Part shown: positions 38,102-48,110 of the stretch, piece by piece | Layout of the letters: each line of letters begins with the position of its first letter | How positions within the stretch are numbered: position 1 is the first letter of the stretch | Source of the DNA: an uncultured Gemmatimonadales bacterium | Lineage (GTDB): Bacteria; Gemmatimonadota; Gemmatimonadetes; Palauibacterales; Palauibacteraceae | Assembly (NCBI GenBank): GCA_963783385.1 | Contig: CAWANJ010000009.1 | Span: 211,976 to 275,975, forward strand | Direction: 5' to 3' | Length of the DNA: 64,000 nt | The notes under the pieces: model-generated | Told to the model about the DNA's origin: nothing | What the model saw: only the letters and a program-made list of their open reading frames with translations | The model's database searches: none | Translations under genes and position numbers: made by a program

Positions 38102-40623
38102 TGACCTCGCTCCCGCCGGCGTCCCGTCCAACGGCCGACCCGTCGCGGGAGGGTCGCGGCACGGAGGACGGCGGCTCGGAGCACGCCCTCTCGCTGCTGG
38201 AGTTCCCCCGCGTCCTGGCTCTGGTGGCGCGTTACGCCTCGAGCGAGGCCGGCCGGCGTCGCGTGCGGGAGCTCCGCCCGCTCGTCTACCCCGACGCCGC
38301 CGAGGACGCCTTGCGGGTCACGGGCGAAATGACGCGGCTGTACGGTCGTTCGGGCGGATGGGCTCCCCCGGTGATTCCGGAGCTGGACGCGGAGCTGCGG
38401 CGACTCGCCGTCGAGGGGGCGGTCCTCGAGGGGGACGCGCTGCACGGTCTGAGCGTGCTACTGGCTTCGGGTGAGTCCGCGCGCCGGGACGTCCTGGAGG
38501 AGGAGGAGACGCTCCCGGGCCTCGCCGAGCTCGCACGGGGCCTCCTTCGGGCGCCCGCCCTTCGGGAGAAGCTCGAGGACGCGGTGGACGAGTCCGGGGC
38601 GGTGCGGGACGAGGCGTCACCGGATCTGCGGCGGATCCGCGGGGAGCTGCGCGGCGCCCGTTCCTCGCTGGTCGGCCGGCTCGAGCGCTTCGCCGCGCGA
38701 CTCCGCGACCGGATCCGTGTCCCGGACGCCTCGGTCACCGTGCGGGGCGGCCGCTACTGCATCCCCATCCGGCGAGAGGGCCGCTCGGAGGTCGGCGGCA
38801 TCGTGCACGACGAGTCGTCCAGCGGGCAGACCCTGTTCGTCGAGCCGCCGGTCGCCATCGAGCCCATGAATCGGATCCGCGAGCTCGAGATGGCCGAGGG
38901 CCGGGAGGTGCGCCGCATCCTCGCCGAGCTCACGTCGGCGGCGCGCCCCCACGCACGCGAGCTGCGGCACAGCCTGTACGTCCTGGAGGAGCTCGATGCG
39001 ATCTGGGCCCGTGCCCGCTACGCGCTGGATCACGGGGGCCACAGGCCCGACCTCGGCGAGCGCGGCAGGCACGGTCCCTACAGGGTGGTGGAGGGTTACC
39101 ATCCGCTGCTGCTGGCCGGCCAAGAGGAGACCGTGCCCTTCGGGCTCACCCTGGCGCCGGAGGAGAGCGTCCTCCTGATCAGCGGTCCGAACGCTGGCGG
39201 CAAGACGGTCCTCCTCAAGACGATCGGCCTCCTGTCCGCCATGGCGCAGTCGGGCATCGTGCCCCCCGTGGGACCCGATACCCGCCTCCCGCTGTTCACC
39301 CGCTTCTTCGCCATCCTGGGCGACGAGCAGTCGATCGAGGCCTCCCTCTCCTCCTTCAGCGCACAGGTGGGCCTGCTCCGCACGATCCTCGAGGAGGCCG
39401 ACGGCGGGAGCCTCATCCTCCTCGACGAGTTCGGAAGCCACACCGATCCCTCCGAGGGTGCCGCCCTCGCGGCGGCCAGCCTCCTGCGGCTGGCCGACCA
39501 GGCGGGACTGACCGTGGCCACCACGCACCTGGGGGACCTCAAGGCGCTGGCCGGAGAAGATGAGCGCATTGTGAACGCATCCCTGGCGTTCGACGCCGGC
39601 CGGCTGCGTCCCACCTACCGGCTGCGGCGGGACCGGCCCGGGCGGAGCTACGCGCTCGAGATCGCCGCGCGGCTCGGCGTTCCCGCGAGCGTCCTCGAGG
39701 CGGCCCGAGAGCGCATGGGCAGCGGGGAGCGTCGCATGGAATCGGTGCTGGCCGAGCTCGAGGAGCGCGAAGCCGAGCTTTCGCGGCTGACCGGGGAGGG
39801 GCGCGAACGAGAGGCGGAGCTGGTGGAGCGCGAGGAGGCGATCGGTGAGCGGGAGCGCGCGCTGGCGGCGCGGCGCGCCGAGCTCGAGAGCGACGCTCGG
39901 GAGAGGGCGGAGCGCTACCTCCTCGAGGCGCGGAGCGAGGTGGAGGCGGCCATCGAGAGGCTGGAGCGTCGGGCCCGCTCGGGCGACCCGGGGGCGGAGG
40001 CCCTCGGGGATGCGGCCAGCGAGGCGCGACGCGCGGTGGAGGAGGCCGTACGGGAGAGTCGCGAGGCACGGCCTTCCCGTGCCGAGCCGGGACCGCTCCC
40101 GGAGGTGACGGCGGGGGAGGCGGTGCGCGTGCGCTCCCTGGGGCGGACCGGCCGCGTCCTCGAGGTCCGGGAGGACCGGATCGTGGTGGAAGCCGGCGGC
40201 GTGCGTCTCTCGCTGCCGCCGCGGGAGGTGGCGCCCGCCTCCGATGGGGAAGCCGAGGGGGCCGGCGCGGGTGGCTCCGGCGGGGCCGCCGCCCGCGGCG
40301 CAACGGGGATCGCGGGGCACCGGGCCGCGAGTCGCCCGGCTGGCCGCCGCCCGACGATCGAGCCGCGCTCGGAGGTCGATCTGAGGGGCCTGCGGGTGGA
40401 CGAAGCCGAGGGGGAGCTGGTGCCGGTCCTGGACGCGGCCATCGTCGCGGATCTCCCGCGACTCCGCATCATACATGGCAAGGGCACCGGAGCGCTGCGC
40501 GAGCGGGTCCGGGAGGTCCTGACCGTCGATCCGCGCGTCGTCTCCTTCCGTGGAGGCGGCCCCGAAGAGGGGGGGAGCGGAGTCACGGTCGTGCGCCTCA
40601 CCCCGGACGAGGGAGACACGTGA
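38101..40623 (+). CDS. mutS2: Endonuclease MutS2
   Basis: LEFPRVL N-terminus, GIVHDESSSGQTLFVEP, Walker A SGPNAGGKT, LLDEFG, TTH, KOW-like region and Smr domain IIHGKGTGALR. Confidence 0.95.
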   Translation: MTSLPPASRPTADPSREGRGTEDGGSEHALSLLEFPRVLALVARYASSEAGRRRVRELRPLVYPDAAEDALRVTGEMTRLYGRSGGWAPPVIPELDAELRRLAVEGAVLEGDALHGLSVLLASGESARRDVLEEEETLPGLAELARGLLRAPALREKLEDAVDESGAVRDEASPDLRRIRGELRGARSSLVGRLERFAARLRDRIRVPDASVTVRGGRYCIPIRREGRSEVGGIVHDESSSGQTLFVEPPVAIEPMNRIRELEMAEGREVRRILAELTSAARPHARELRHSLYVLEELDAIWARARYALDHGGHRPDLGERGRHGPYRVVEGYHPLLLAGQEETVPFGLTLAPEESVLLISGPNAGGKTVLLKTIGLLSAMAQSGIVPPVGPDTRLPLFTRFFAILGDEQSIEASLSSFSAQVGLLRTILEEADGGSLILLDEFGSHTDPSEGAALAAASLLRLADQAGLTVATTHLGDLKALAGEDERIVNASLAFDAGRLRPTYRLRRDRPGRSYALEIAARLGVPASVLEAARERMGSGERRMESVLAELEEREAELSRLTGEGREREAELVEREEAIGERERALAARRAELESDARERAERYLLEARSEVEAAIERLERRARSGDPGAEALGDAASEARRAVEEAVRESREARPSRAEPGPLPEVTAGEAVRVRSLGRTGRVLEVREDRIVVEAGGVRLSLPPREVAPASDGEAEGAGAGGSGGAAARGATGIAGHRAASRPAGRRPTIEPRSEVDLRGLRVDEAEGELVPVLDAAIVADLPRLRIIHGKGTGALRERVREVLTVDPRVVSFRGGGPEEGGSGVTVVRLTPDEGDT

Positions 40624-42419
40624 GGGACGAGGTCATCGAAGAGGTCCGCTCCCGGGCCGATCTGGTCGAGATCTGCTCGGAGCACACGAGCCTGAAGCGG
40701 TCGGGGAAGACGTACCGCGGGCCGTGTCCCCTGCATGGCGGCGAGGGGCCCAACTTCTCCGTCGATCCGGCGCGCGGCATCTTCAAGTGTTTCGTGTGTG
40801 GCGAGGGCGGGGACGTGTTCAGCTTCGTCATGAAGCTGCTGGGGCTCGACTTCCCCTCGGCCGTGCGCTACGTGGCCGAGAGGGCGGGGGTGGAGGTCCC
40901 CGAGGACGATGAGAGACGCGAGGACCCCCACGCTGCCCTGCGGGAGGCGGTGGCCTTCGCGGCGGAGTGGTTCGCGACGCGGCTGGCCGACCTCGAGGCG
41001 GGGGCCCGCGGACGGGCGTACCTGGAGTCACGGGGCTTCGACGCTGAGGCGGCGGAGCTCTACCGGCTCGGCTACGTCCCGGATGCCTGGCGGGCGCTGC
41101 GGGAGGCGGCGCTCGCGCGCGGGCTGGAGGAGTCCGCCCTCCTCGAGGTGGGGCTCCTGGCGACCAGCGAGCGCTCCGACGAACCGTACGATCGCTTCAG
41201 GGACCGGATCATCTTCCCGATCGAGGACCTCCGGGACCGACCGGTGGGCTTCGGCGGGCGCGACCTCTCCGGCCGCGACGACGTCCCCAAGTACATCAAC
41301 TCGCCGGATTCCCCGATCTTCTCCAAGGGACGCACGCTCTACCTGCTCAACCGGGCCCGTCATGCCATCCGTCGTCAGGAGGCCGCCCTGGTGGTGGAGG
41401 GCTACATGGATGCCCTGTCGCTCCACGTGAGGGGGTTCGAGAACGTGGTGGCCCCCCTGGGCACGGCCCTCACCGCCGAACAGGCGGCGACGCTGGTGAA
41501 GTACGCGCGCACGGTCTTCCTCCTCTACGACAGCGACAGGGCCGGGCTGCGCGCCACGTTCCGGGCGGCCGACGCGCTCCTGGCGGCCGGTGCCGAGCCG
41601 ATGGTGGTGACGCTGCCGGAGGGAGAGGACCCCGACTCGCTGGTGCGGAGCGAGGGAGCGGGGCGTCTCCAGGCCTGCCTCGCCGACGCCGTGGACGCAC
41701 TGGAGCGCAAGCTCCAGATCCTCGAGCGCCGGGGCTACCTCGAGACGATCGACGGACGCCGCCGCGCGGTGGATGCCCTGCTGTCCACGCTCAGGGCGGT
41801 CCGCGATCCGGCCCTCAGGGACCTGTACATCTCGCGCGCGGCCGAACGCACCGGGGTGCGCCGGGAGACCCTGGTCCACGAGGTCGCCAGGGCGGGCGCC
41901 CCCCGGGAGCCGCGCGCCGTATCCCGCGGCCGTGGTGCGGCCGCGGCCCGCCCCGGAATCCACGCCGCGGCCACGGACGCGGGCAGGGTGTCCGAGCGCA
42001 ACCTCCTGCTCCTCTTCCTCCGGGACCCGACCTACGTGGCGCGGGCCCGGGAGGCGGACCTCGAGGCGTCCAGTTTCCGGGACGATCACCTTCGGCCGCT
42101 TGCCGCGGGGCTCCTCGGGGCCCAGGGTCGTGACCTCGACCTCGCCGAGCTGTTCACTGGAGAGGAGCTCGATGCGGCCCGCGAGCTGGCATCCAATGCC
42201 ACCGACCTGGCCAACGCCGAGGAGGTGTTCGAGCACTCCCTCCGGAGGGTCCGGTACAGAACCCGGCTGGAGCGGCTCGAGGAGATCGATCGCGAGCTGG
42301 AGCTCGCCGAGGCCGATCAGGCCCGGGAGCTCCTGCGGGAGAAGGAAGCGCTCGCCCGGGAGCTCCGGGAGGCCCGGATCCCGGTGAGCTGGGTACGACG
42401 GTACGCCGGGGCGCCGTGA
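40620..42419 (+). CDS. dnaG: DNA primase
   Basis: Zn finger CPLH...CFVC, FRDRIIFPI, KYINSP, VEGYMD and YDSDRAG (TOPRIM) motifs. Confidence 0.96.
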   Translation: MRDEVIEEVRSRADLVEICSEHTSLKRSGKTYRGPCPLHGGEGPNFSVDPARGIFKCFVCGEGGDVFSFVMKLLGLDFPSAVRYVAERAGVEVPEDDERREDPHAALREAVAFAAEWFATRLADLEAGARGRAYLESRGFDAEAAELYRLGYVPDAWRALREAALARGLEESALLEVGLLATSERSDEPYDRFRDRIIFPIEDLRDRPVGFGGRDLSGRDDVPKYINSPDSPIFSKGRTLYLLNRARHAIRRQEAALVVEGYMDALSLHVRGFENVVAPLGTALTAEQAATLVKYARTVFLLYDSDRAGLRATFRAADALLAAGAEPMVVTLPEGEDPDSLVRSEGAGRLQACLADAVDALERKLQILERRGYLETIDGRRRAVDALLSTLRAVRDPALRDLYISRAAERTGVRRETLVHEVARAGAPREPRAVSRGRGAAAARPGIHAAATDAGRVSERNLLLLFLRDPTYVARAREADLEASSFRDDHLRPLAAGLLGAQGRDLDLAELFTGEELDAARELASNATDLANAEEVFEHSLRRVRYRTRLERLEEIDRELELAEADQARELLREKEALARELREARIPVSWVRRYAGAP

Positions 42420-42524
42420 GGCGCGGCGTGGGCCGGGGGCGCGGGTGGCTCGTGCCGGGGACCGGAAGAGGACGCCCGGGTAGGGTGTAGGGGACGACCG
42501 AGAACGACACGTACAGGAGAGGGA

Positions 42525-43262
42525 ATGGAATCACAGGACACGGTGGAGGCGCTCCTGGGCCTCCAGGACATCGACGCGGCCATCGAGGAGCGAGAGGCCG
42601 AGCTGGCCGCGCTCGAGCCTGCGCTCCAGGAGGGGGAGGAGCGAATAGCGGGGCTGCGCGAGCGGCTGGACGCCGTACGCCAGGAGCTGGAGTCGGCGGA
42701 AGAATCCTATCGAAAGAGCCAGAGGTCCGTCCAGGCGGGACGCGCCACGCTCAAGCGACTCCGGGACCGGGCGGACGAGGTCCAGGACCTGCGCCAGCAC
42801 ATGGCGGTGCGGGCCGAGCTCGAAGCGGCGCGACGCAACCTGGAAGCCGCCGAGAACGACGCGCTCGACGACCTGCAGCGGGCGGAGAGCGCACGGGAGG
42901 TGCTCGAGACCCTGGACGGCGAGATGTCGGAGGCTCGGGACTCCCTGCAGCAGCGCTCCGACGAGGTCGAGGCGCGGCGAGAGGAACTCGAGAAGGAGCT
43001 CGCGCACCATCGCGATCGTCGAAGTGAAGGCACCGAGGGGATCGACCAGGAGGCGCTCAAGCTGTACGAGAGGGTCCGCCGGGGCCGAACCGAGAGCGCC
43101 CTGGCCCCACTGGTGGGCGGGCATTGCGGCAACTGCTTCACGGCCGTGCCCCTCCAACGGCAGGCCGAGATTCGCACCGGTCGTGCCCTGTTCCGGTGCG
43201 AGGGCTGCGGCGTGATCCTGCACGCTCCGCTGGAGGAGACGGCGGACGAGGTGGACCGCTGA
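42525..43262 (+). CDS. Coiled-coil protein with C-terminal C4 zinc ribbon (DUF164 family)
   Basis: LLGLQDIDA N-terminus, long heptad region, LYERVR...CGNC...CEGCGVIL. Confidence 0.9.
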   Translation: MESQDTVEALLGLQDIDAAIEEREAELAALEPALQEGEERIAGLRERLDAVRQELESAEESYRKSQRSVQAGRATLKRLRDRADEVQDLRQHMAVRAELEAARRNLEAAENDALDDLQRAESAREVLETLDGEMSEARDSLQQRSDEVEARREELEKELAHHRDRRSEGTEGIDQEALKLYERVRRGRTESALAPLVGGHCGNCFTAVPLQRQAEIRTGRALFRCEGCGVILHAPLEETADEVDR

Positions 43263-43287
43263 TCGAGGTCCCGCGCGGCCCGGGGAC

Positions 43288-45036
43288 GTGAGCCCCCCGG
43301 CCACGCCCGTGCTTCCGCGGCTGCGGGCTCGCTGGGTGCCACCTCCGGAGGCACCCGGCGCCCTGGTGGACCGGCTGCGCGAGGCGGTGAGACTGCCCGC
43401 GCCGGTGTGCGAGCTCCTGGTGCGGCGGGGTCGCGGGGCGCCCGACGCGGCCCGCGCCTTTCTCCGTCCGACCTTCGACGCCCTCCATTCGCCCGATCTC
43501 CTCCCGGACATGCCGGCGGCTCTCGATCGCGTCGAAGGTGCGATCGACCAGGGGGAGCGCATCCTCGTGCACGGCGACTACGACGCCGACGGACTGTGCT
43601 CCGCGGCCTTGCTGACCCTGGGTCTGAGGGAACTCGGCGCGCGGGTCGAGCCGTTCGTTCCCCACCGACTCCGGGACGGCTACGACCTCGGCGACGGCGG
43701 GCTCGCCCGTGCGCGCGAGCTGGATGCCGGCCTGATCGTCACGGCGGACTGCGGGGTGTCGGCGGTCGAGGCGGTGGCCGAGGCGGGGCGGATGGGCCTC
43801 GACGTGGTCGTCACCGACCACCACCGTCCGCCGCCCCGGCTCCCGGACGCCGTCGCGGTGGTCGACCCGGCCCGCTCGGAGGCCGGTTACCCGTTCCCGG
43901 GACTGGCCGGTGTGGGAGTCGCGTTCAAGCTGTTGGCCGGCCTGTACGCGAGAGGCGGGGTCCCCGCGGAGCGGCTGAACCGTCACCTGGACCTGGTGGC
44001 GCTCGGCACGGTGGCCGACCTGGTGCCGCTCCTCGACGAGAACAGGATCCTGGTTCGAGCCGGGCTCGGCGCCCTGGCGCGGACCCGCAAGCCGGGCCTC
44101 AGGGCCCTGGCCTCGGCGGCGGGCGTCGACCTCGGCGGGAGCCCGGACGCCGCGGACATCGGCTACCGACTCGGCCCCCGGCTGAACGCGGCCGGACGGG
44201 TGGGCGCGGCGGAGACAGGACTGCGACTTCTCCTGGCGGACGAGCCGGGAGAGGCGGAGCGGCTGGCCTCCCTCCTGGAGGTGCGCAACCGGGAGCGACG
44301 CCAGGAGGACCGCCGAGTGCGGGCCGAGGCCGAGGCGCAGCTCGCCGAGCGCTACGACCCGGAGCGGGACCGGTCGGTGCTGCTGTGGGGCGAGGACTGG
44401 CACCCGGGCGTGATCGGGATCGTGGCCTCGCGCCTCGTGGAGCAGGTCCATCGCCCGGTGATCCTGGTGAGCCTGAGGGACGAGCCCGGGCGCGGGTCCG
44501 GGCGGTCCATCCCCGGCTTCCACCTGCACCGAGCGCTCGAGGCTTGCTCGGACCTGCTGGAGCGCTTCGGCGGCCACCGTATGGCCGCCGGCCTCGAGGT
44601 GCGGAGGGAGCGGCTGGAGGCGCTGGCCCTGCGCTTCGAGGACGAGGCGGCCCGGACGCTGACGGCCGAGGCGCTGCAACCCGAGCTCCACCTCGACCTC
44701 TCCCTGCCGCTCCGGGCCATCGACGAGGATCTGTGGCGGGGCCTGGAGTACCTGGCCCCGTTCGGCACCGACAACCCCCAACCCGTCCTCCACGTACGGG
44801 ACGTGCGTTTCGAGCGACCCGCCGCCGTCGGCTCGGGAGGAGAGCACCTCAAGGCCGTCCTCGTCGCCGACGACGAGAGCCGGCTGGAGGCGATCGGCTT
44901 CGGCATGGGCGGGCGCCTGGGCGAAGCGTCGTCGTTCCGGGTGGAGGTCGCCTTCGAGCTCTTCAGGGACCGATACCGGGGCCGGGAGCGGCTGCAGGCG
45001 CGGATGCTGGACTTCCGGCCCGTGGATGGACCGTAG
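43288..45036 (+). CDS. recJ: ssDNA-specific exonuclease RecJ
   Basis: HGDYDADG, TADCG, TDHH, LGTVAD, PRLNAAGR, GSGRS and FGGHRMAAG motifs. Confidence 0.96.
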   Translation: MSPPATPVLPRLRARWVPPPEAPGALVDRLREAVRLPAPVCELLVRRGRGAPDAARAFLRPTFDALHSPDLLPDMPAALDRVEGAIDQGERILVHGDYDADGLCSAALLTLGLRELGARVEPFVPHRLRDGYDLGDGGLARARELDAGLIVTADCGVSAVEAVAEAGRMGLDVVVTDHHRPPPRLPDAVAVVDPARSEAGYPFPGLAGVGVAFKLLAGLYARGGVPAERLNRHLDLVALGTVADLVPLLDENRILVRAGLGALARTRKPGLRALASAAGVDLGGSPDAADIGYRLGPRLNAAGRVGAAETGLRLLLADEPGEAERLASLLEVRNRERRQEDRRVRAEAEAQLAERYDPERDRSVLLWGEDWHPGVIGIVASRLVEQVHRPVILVSLRDEPGRGSGRSIPGFHLHRALEACSDLLERFGGHRMAAGLEVRRERLEALALRFEDEAARTLTAEALQPELHLDLSLPLRAIDEDLWRGLEYLAPFGTDNPQPVLHVRDVRFERPAAVGSGGEHLKAVLVADDESRLEAIGFGMGGRLGEASSFRVEVAFELFRDRYRGRERLQARMLDFRPVDGP

Positions 45037-45646
45037 GGCGGACGTGCTGCGCATCATCTCGGGTACCCTGGGTGGACGGAGGATCGCCGCGCCGACGGGC
45101 CGGTCCACACGGCCCACGCGGGAGGCCGTTCGGGAAGCGTGGTTCAGCGCCCTGGGTCCGGGCGTGGCGGGCGCCCGGGTGGTGGACCTGTTCGCCGGGT
45201 CCGGGGCGCTGGGGATCGAGGCGCTGTCCCGGGGTGCGGCCGAGGTCACCTTCGTGGAGCGGGGCAGGGAAGCGTCCAGGGTGCTCGAGGCCAACCTGGA
45301 GGCGCTGGAGGTCCTGCACCGGAGCCGGGTGCTGCGCACCGACGTGCGCTCGTTCCTCCGGGCCCTCGCGCGGCCCGCGCCGGAAGAGCCGCCGCCGTTC
45401 GACGTGGCGCTCGCCGACCCTCCCTACGCCTCCGCCTGGCCGGCGCGGCTCGCGGCGTCGCTGGCCGAGCGCCGCTTCGCGGGCCTGCTGTGCGTCGAGC
45501 ACGCTCCCGACGCGCTGGGCGAGCAGGGGGTGGTGTGGCGTCGAGCTTACGGAGACACCATCCTGAGCTTCCTGCGACCGCCCGGGGAACCGGCCGAGGC
45601 CGGCGATCGCCCGGAGCCCGAACCGCCACACGGGAGGACATCGTGA
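45026..45646 (+). CDS. rsmD: 16S rRNA m2G966 methyltransferase RsmD
   Basis: [31 protein letters not shown] and DPPY motifs. Confidence 0.93.
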   Translation: MDRRADVLRIISGTLGGRRIAAPTGRSTRPTREAVREAWFSALGPGVAGARVVDLFAGSGALGIEALSRGAAEVTFVERGREASRVLEANLEALEVLHRSRVLRTDVRSFLRALARPAPEEPPPFDVALADPPYASAWPARLAASLAERRFAGLLCVEHAPDALGEQGVVWRRAYGDTILSFLRPPGEPAEAGDRPEPEPPHGRTS

Positions 45647-46163
45647 CGGCCCAAAGGAGCGAGCACGTGGCCGTGTACCCGGGGTCCTTCGATCCCCTCA
45701 CGCTGGGCCACGACGACATCATCCGTCGGGGGCTCCGGATCGTCGATCGGCTGATCGTGGCCGTGGCGGAGACGTCCACCCAGGACAAGCGCGGGCTGTT
45801 CACCCTCGAGGAGCGCGTCCAGGTCATCGCTTCGATGTATGCGAACGAGGCGGCCCTGGAGGTGGTCTCCTTCTCCGGGCTCCTGGTGGACTTCGCGCGC
45901 TCGCGCGACGCGAGGCTGATCATCCGCGGACTGCGGGCGGTGAGCGACTTCGAGTACGAGTTCCAATGGCGCTCATGAACCGCTCCCTGTGGCCCGAGCT
46001 GGACGTGGTCTTCATGGCGCCGGACAACCGCTACACCTTCCTGAGCGCGTCCCTCGTGCGGGAGGTGGCGCGGCTGGGTGGGGACGTGTCGGATTACGTG
46101 CCGCCCGCCGTGCTGGAGCGCATGGTCGAGCGCTTCGGTCCCTCGGCCCGGGGCGACGCGTAG
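45643..46163 (+). CDS. coaD: Phosphopantetheine adenylyltransferase; frameshifted at 45965-45966
   Basis: [12 protein letters not shown] and [13 protein letters not shown] in one frame, then MALMNR...[18 protein letters not shown] in another. Restoring one A (CAA ATG) rejoins them. Confidence 0.95.
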
Positions 46164-46171
46164 GGGCGGCG

Positions 46172-47113
46172 GTGGACTTCCTGGCCGATCTGCGCGACCG
46201 GGCCCGGGCGCGGCCGCGCCGCATCGGGTTCCCGGAGGCGGACGAGGAGCGCACGGCGCTCGCTATCGCCCGCCTGGCGGAGCGCGAGCTCGTGCGGCCG
46301 GTCCTGGTGGTCGGCGCGACGGCGGCACGGCGGGCCGCGGACTCCGGACCGGAGTGGATCGATCCCGCCGCGGCGTCGGGGCTGGTCCGGGTGCGGCCCG
46401 GGGAAGAGGCGGAGCACGCGGGGCCGCCCGATCCGCTGACGGCGGCGGCCGCGCTGCTCGCCGCGGGACGGCTGGACGGCGTGGTGGCCGGCGCCCGTGC
46501 CACGACGGCGGCGGTAGTCCGGGCCGGGCTGCACCAGGTGGGGATGGCCCCCGGGATCCGCACGGTGTCTAGCGCCTTCTATATGTCGGGCGCCCTCGGT
46601 CCCGAAGTCCCGGCCGGCGTCCTCACCTTCACGGACGCGGGGGTGGTCCCGGACCCGACGCCCGAGCAGCTGGCGGACATCGCGGACGCCGCCTGCCGAG
46701 CGCGCCGCCGCATCGTGGGCGACGAGCCGCGCGTGGCCTTCCTGTCCTTCTCCACCCGTGGCTCGGCCGAGTCGCCCGGCGTGGCCCGCGTACGGGAGGC
46801 ATTCGAGCGCTTCCACGCCCGGCATCCCGGCGTACTCGCGGATGGCGAGCTGCAGGCGGACGCGGCCCTCGTGCCGGAGGTGTGCGCGCGCAAGGCGCCG
46901 GATTCGCCGCTCGCGGGTCGGGCCAACGTCCTCGTGTTCCCGGACCTCGACGCGGCCAACATCTCCTACAAGCTGGTGGAGCGACTCGGGGGCGCCCGCG
47001 CCCTCGGGCCCATCCTCCAGGGGCTCGCGCGCCCGCTGTGCGATCTGTCGCGGGGGGCGGACGTGGAAGACATCGTCCACGTGGCGTGCATCGCCTCTCT
47101 GCTGGCGGAGTGA
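46172..47113 (+). CDS. pta: Phosphate acetyl/butyryltransferase (single-domain Pta class I-like)
   Basis: [49 protein letters not shown] and GPILQG...DLSRG motifs. Confidence 0.88.
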   Translation: MDFLADLRDRARARPRRIGFPEADEERTALAIARLAERELVRPVLVVGATAARRAADSGPEWIDPAAASGLVRVRPGEEAEHAGPPDPLTAAAALLAAGRLDGVVAGARATTAAVVRAGLHQVGMAPGIRTVSSAFYMSGALGPEVPAGVLTFTDAGVVPDPTPEQLADIADAACRARRRIVGDEPRVAFLSFSTRGSAESPGVARVREAFERFHARHPGVLADGELQADAALVPEVCARKAPDSPLAGRANVLVFPDLDAANISYKLVERLGGARALGPILQGLARPLCDLSRGADVEDIVHVACIASLLAE

Positions 47114-47135
47114 CGCCCCACTCCGGGATGGGTCC

Positions 47136-47954
47136 TTGAAGGCGCGTCGCTCGCTGAGCCAGAACTTCCTGGTCGACCCGAACCTGCAGCGGAAGATCGT
47201 CGACGCTCTGGAGGCGGAGCCGGCCGACACGGTCCTCGAGGTCGGCCCCGGTCACGGGGAGCTCAGCGCGCACCTGGTCGGCCGCGTCGCGCGGCTGGTG
47301 CTGGTCGAGAAGGACGACCAGCTGGCGGAGGCCCTCGCCGTCCGCTGGTCCGGCCGGGACGATGTCGAAGTCGTGCACGGGGATGCGCTGGAGGCGGACC
47401 TGGCCGGACGGGTGGCGTCCCCGTACCGGGTGCTGTCCAACCTCCCGTACGGCATCACGACGCCCCTGCTATTTCGGTTCCTGGCTCTGGCGCCGGCGCC
47501 TGTCCGGATCGTGGTCACGGTGCAGAAGGAGGTGGGCGAACGCATCGTCGCCAGGCCGGGGAGCCGCGACTTCGGGAGCCTGTCGGTGGGCGTCCAGACC
47601 AGGGCCGAGGCGCGGATCGCCTTCCCGGTGAGCCGCAACGCGTTCCGGCCCGTACCCGACGTCGAATCGGTGACGGTGGTCCTCGATCCCGATCCCGAGC
47701 GCATCGCGGCCCTGCCGGAGCCCGGACTCCGTCGCCTGACCCGCGCGGCGTTCGGATGGCGGCGCAAGCAAATGCAGAAGATCCTGCGCTCGGCGCCCGG
47801 GCTCGCCCTCGGGCGGGAGCGCGCCGAGTCGCTATGCGGGTCCCTCGGACTGGACCCGCGCAGCCGCCCCGAGCAGGTGCCGCCCGAGCTGTTCGTGGCC
47901 CTCGCCCGGCGCCTGGAGGAGACGCGGTTCGGAGGGGCGGACACCGGCGCCTGA
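47136..47954 (+). CDS. rsmA: 16S rRNA dimethyladenosine transferase RsmA/KsgA
   Basis: SLSQNFL, LEVGPGHG, VEKD, SNLPY, QKEVGERI and FRPVPDVES motifs; TTG start inferred. Confidence 0.95.
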   Translation: MKARRSLSQNFLVDPNLQRKIVDALEAEPADTVLEVGPGHGELSAHLVGRVARLVLVEKDDQLAEALAVRWSGRDDVEVVHGDALEADLAGRVASPYRVLSNLPYGITTPLLFRFLALAPAPVRIVVTVQKEVGERIVARPGSRDFGSLSVGVQTRAEARIAFPVSRNAFRPVPDVESVTVVLDPDPERIAALPEPGLRRLTRAAFGWRRKQMQKILRSAPGLALGRERAESLCGSLGLDPRSRPEQVPPELFVALARRLEETRFGGADTGA

Positions 47955-48040
47955 GCGGCCCGCTCGGGGCGGCTGCGCGGGGGCGGGCGGTCCACCGGGA
48001 GGTCCCGGGGAGGCCGCGGGCTGTCCTCTCCCGGCCACGG

Positions 48041-48069
48041 TTGAGTCCGCCGCGCCATCGCTCTATCTT
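48041..48069 (+). promoter_or_regulatory. Sigma70-type promoter of rex
   Basis: TTGAGT (48041-48046), 17-bp spacer, TATCTT (48064-48069). Confidence 0.75.
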
Positions 48070-48073
48070 GGCC

Positions 48074-48091
48074 TTGTGAAGCCTTTCACAA
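48074..48091. promoter_or_regulatory. Rex operator (ROP)
   Basis: TTGTGAA-gcct-TTCACAA, identical to the established Rex consensus TTGTGAA-N4-TTCACAA, directly upstream of rex. Confidence 0.92.
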
Positions 48092-48110
48092 GCGACCCCG
48101 CGACCCCGCC

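Noticed and set aside
48092-48107. Tandem GCGACCCC repeat in the rex leader
   Set aside because: Two copies of a GC-rich 8-mer are within chance expectation; no function can be supported.
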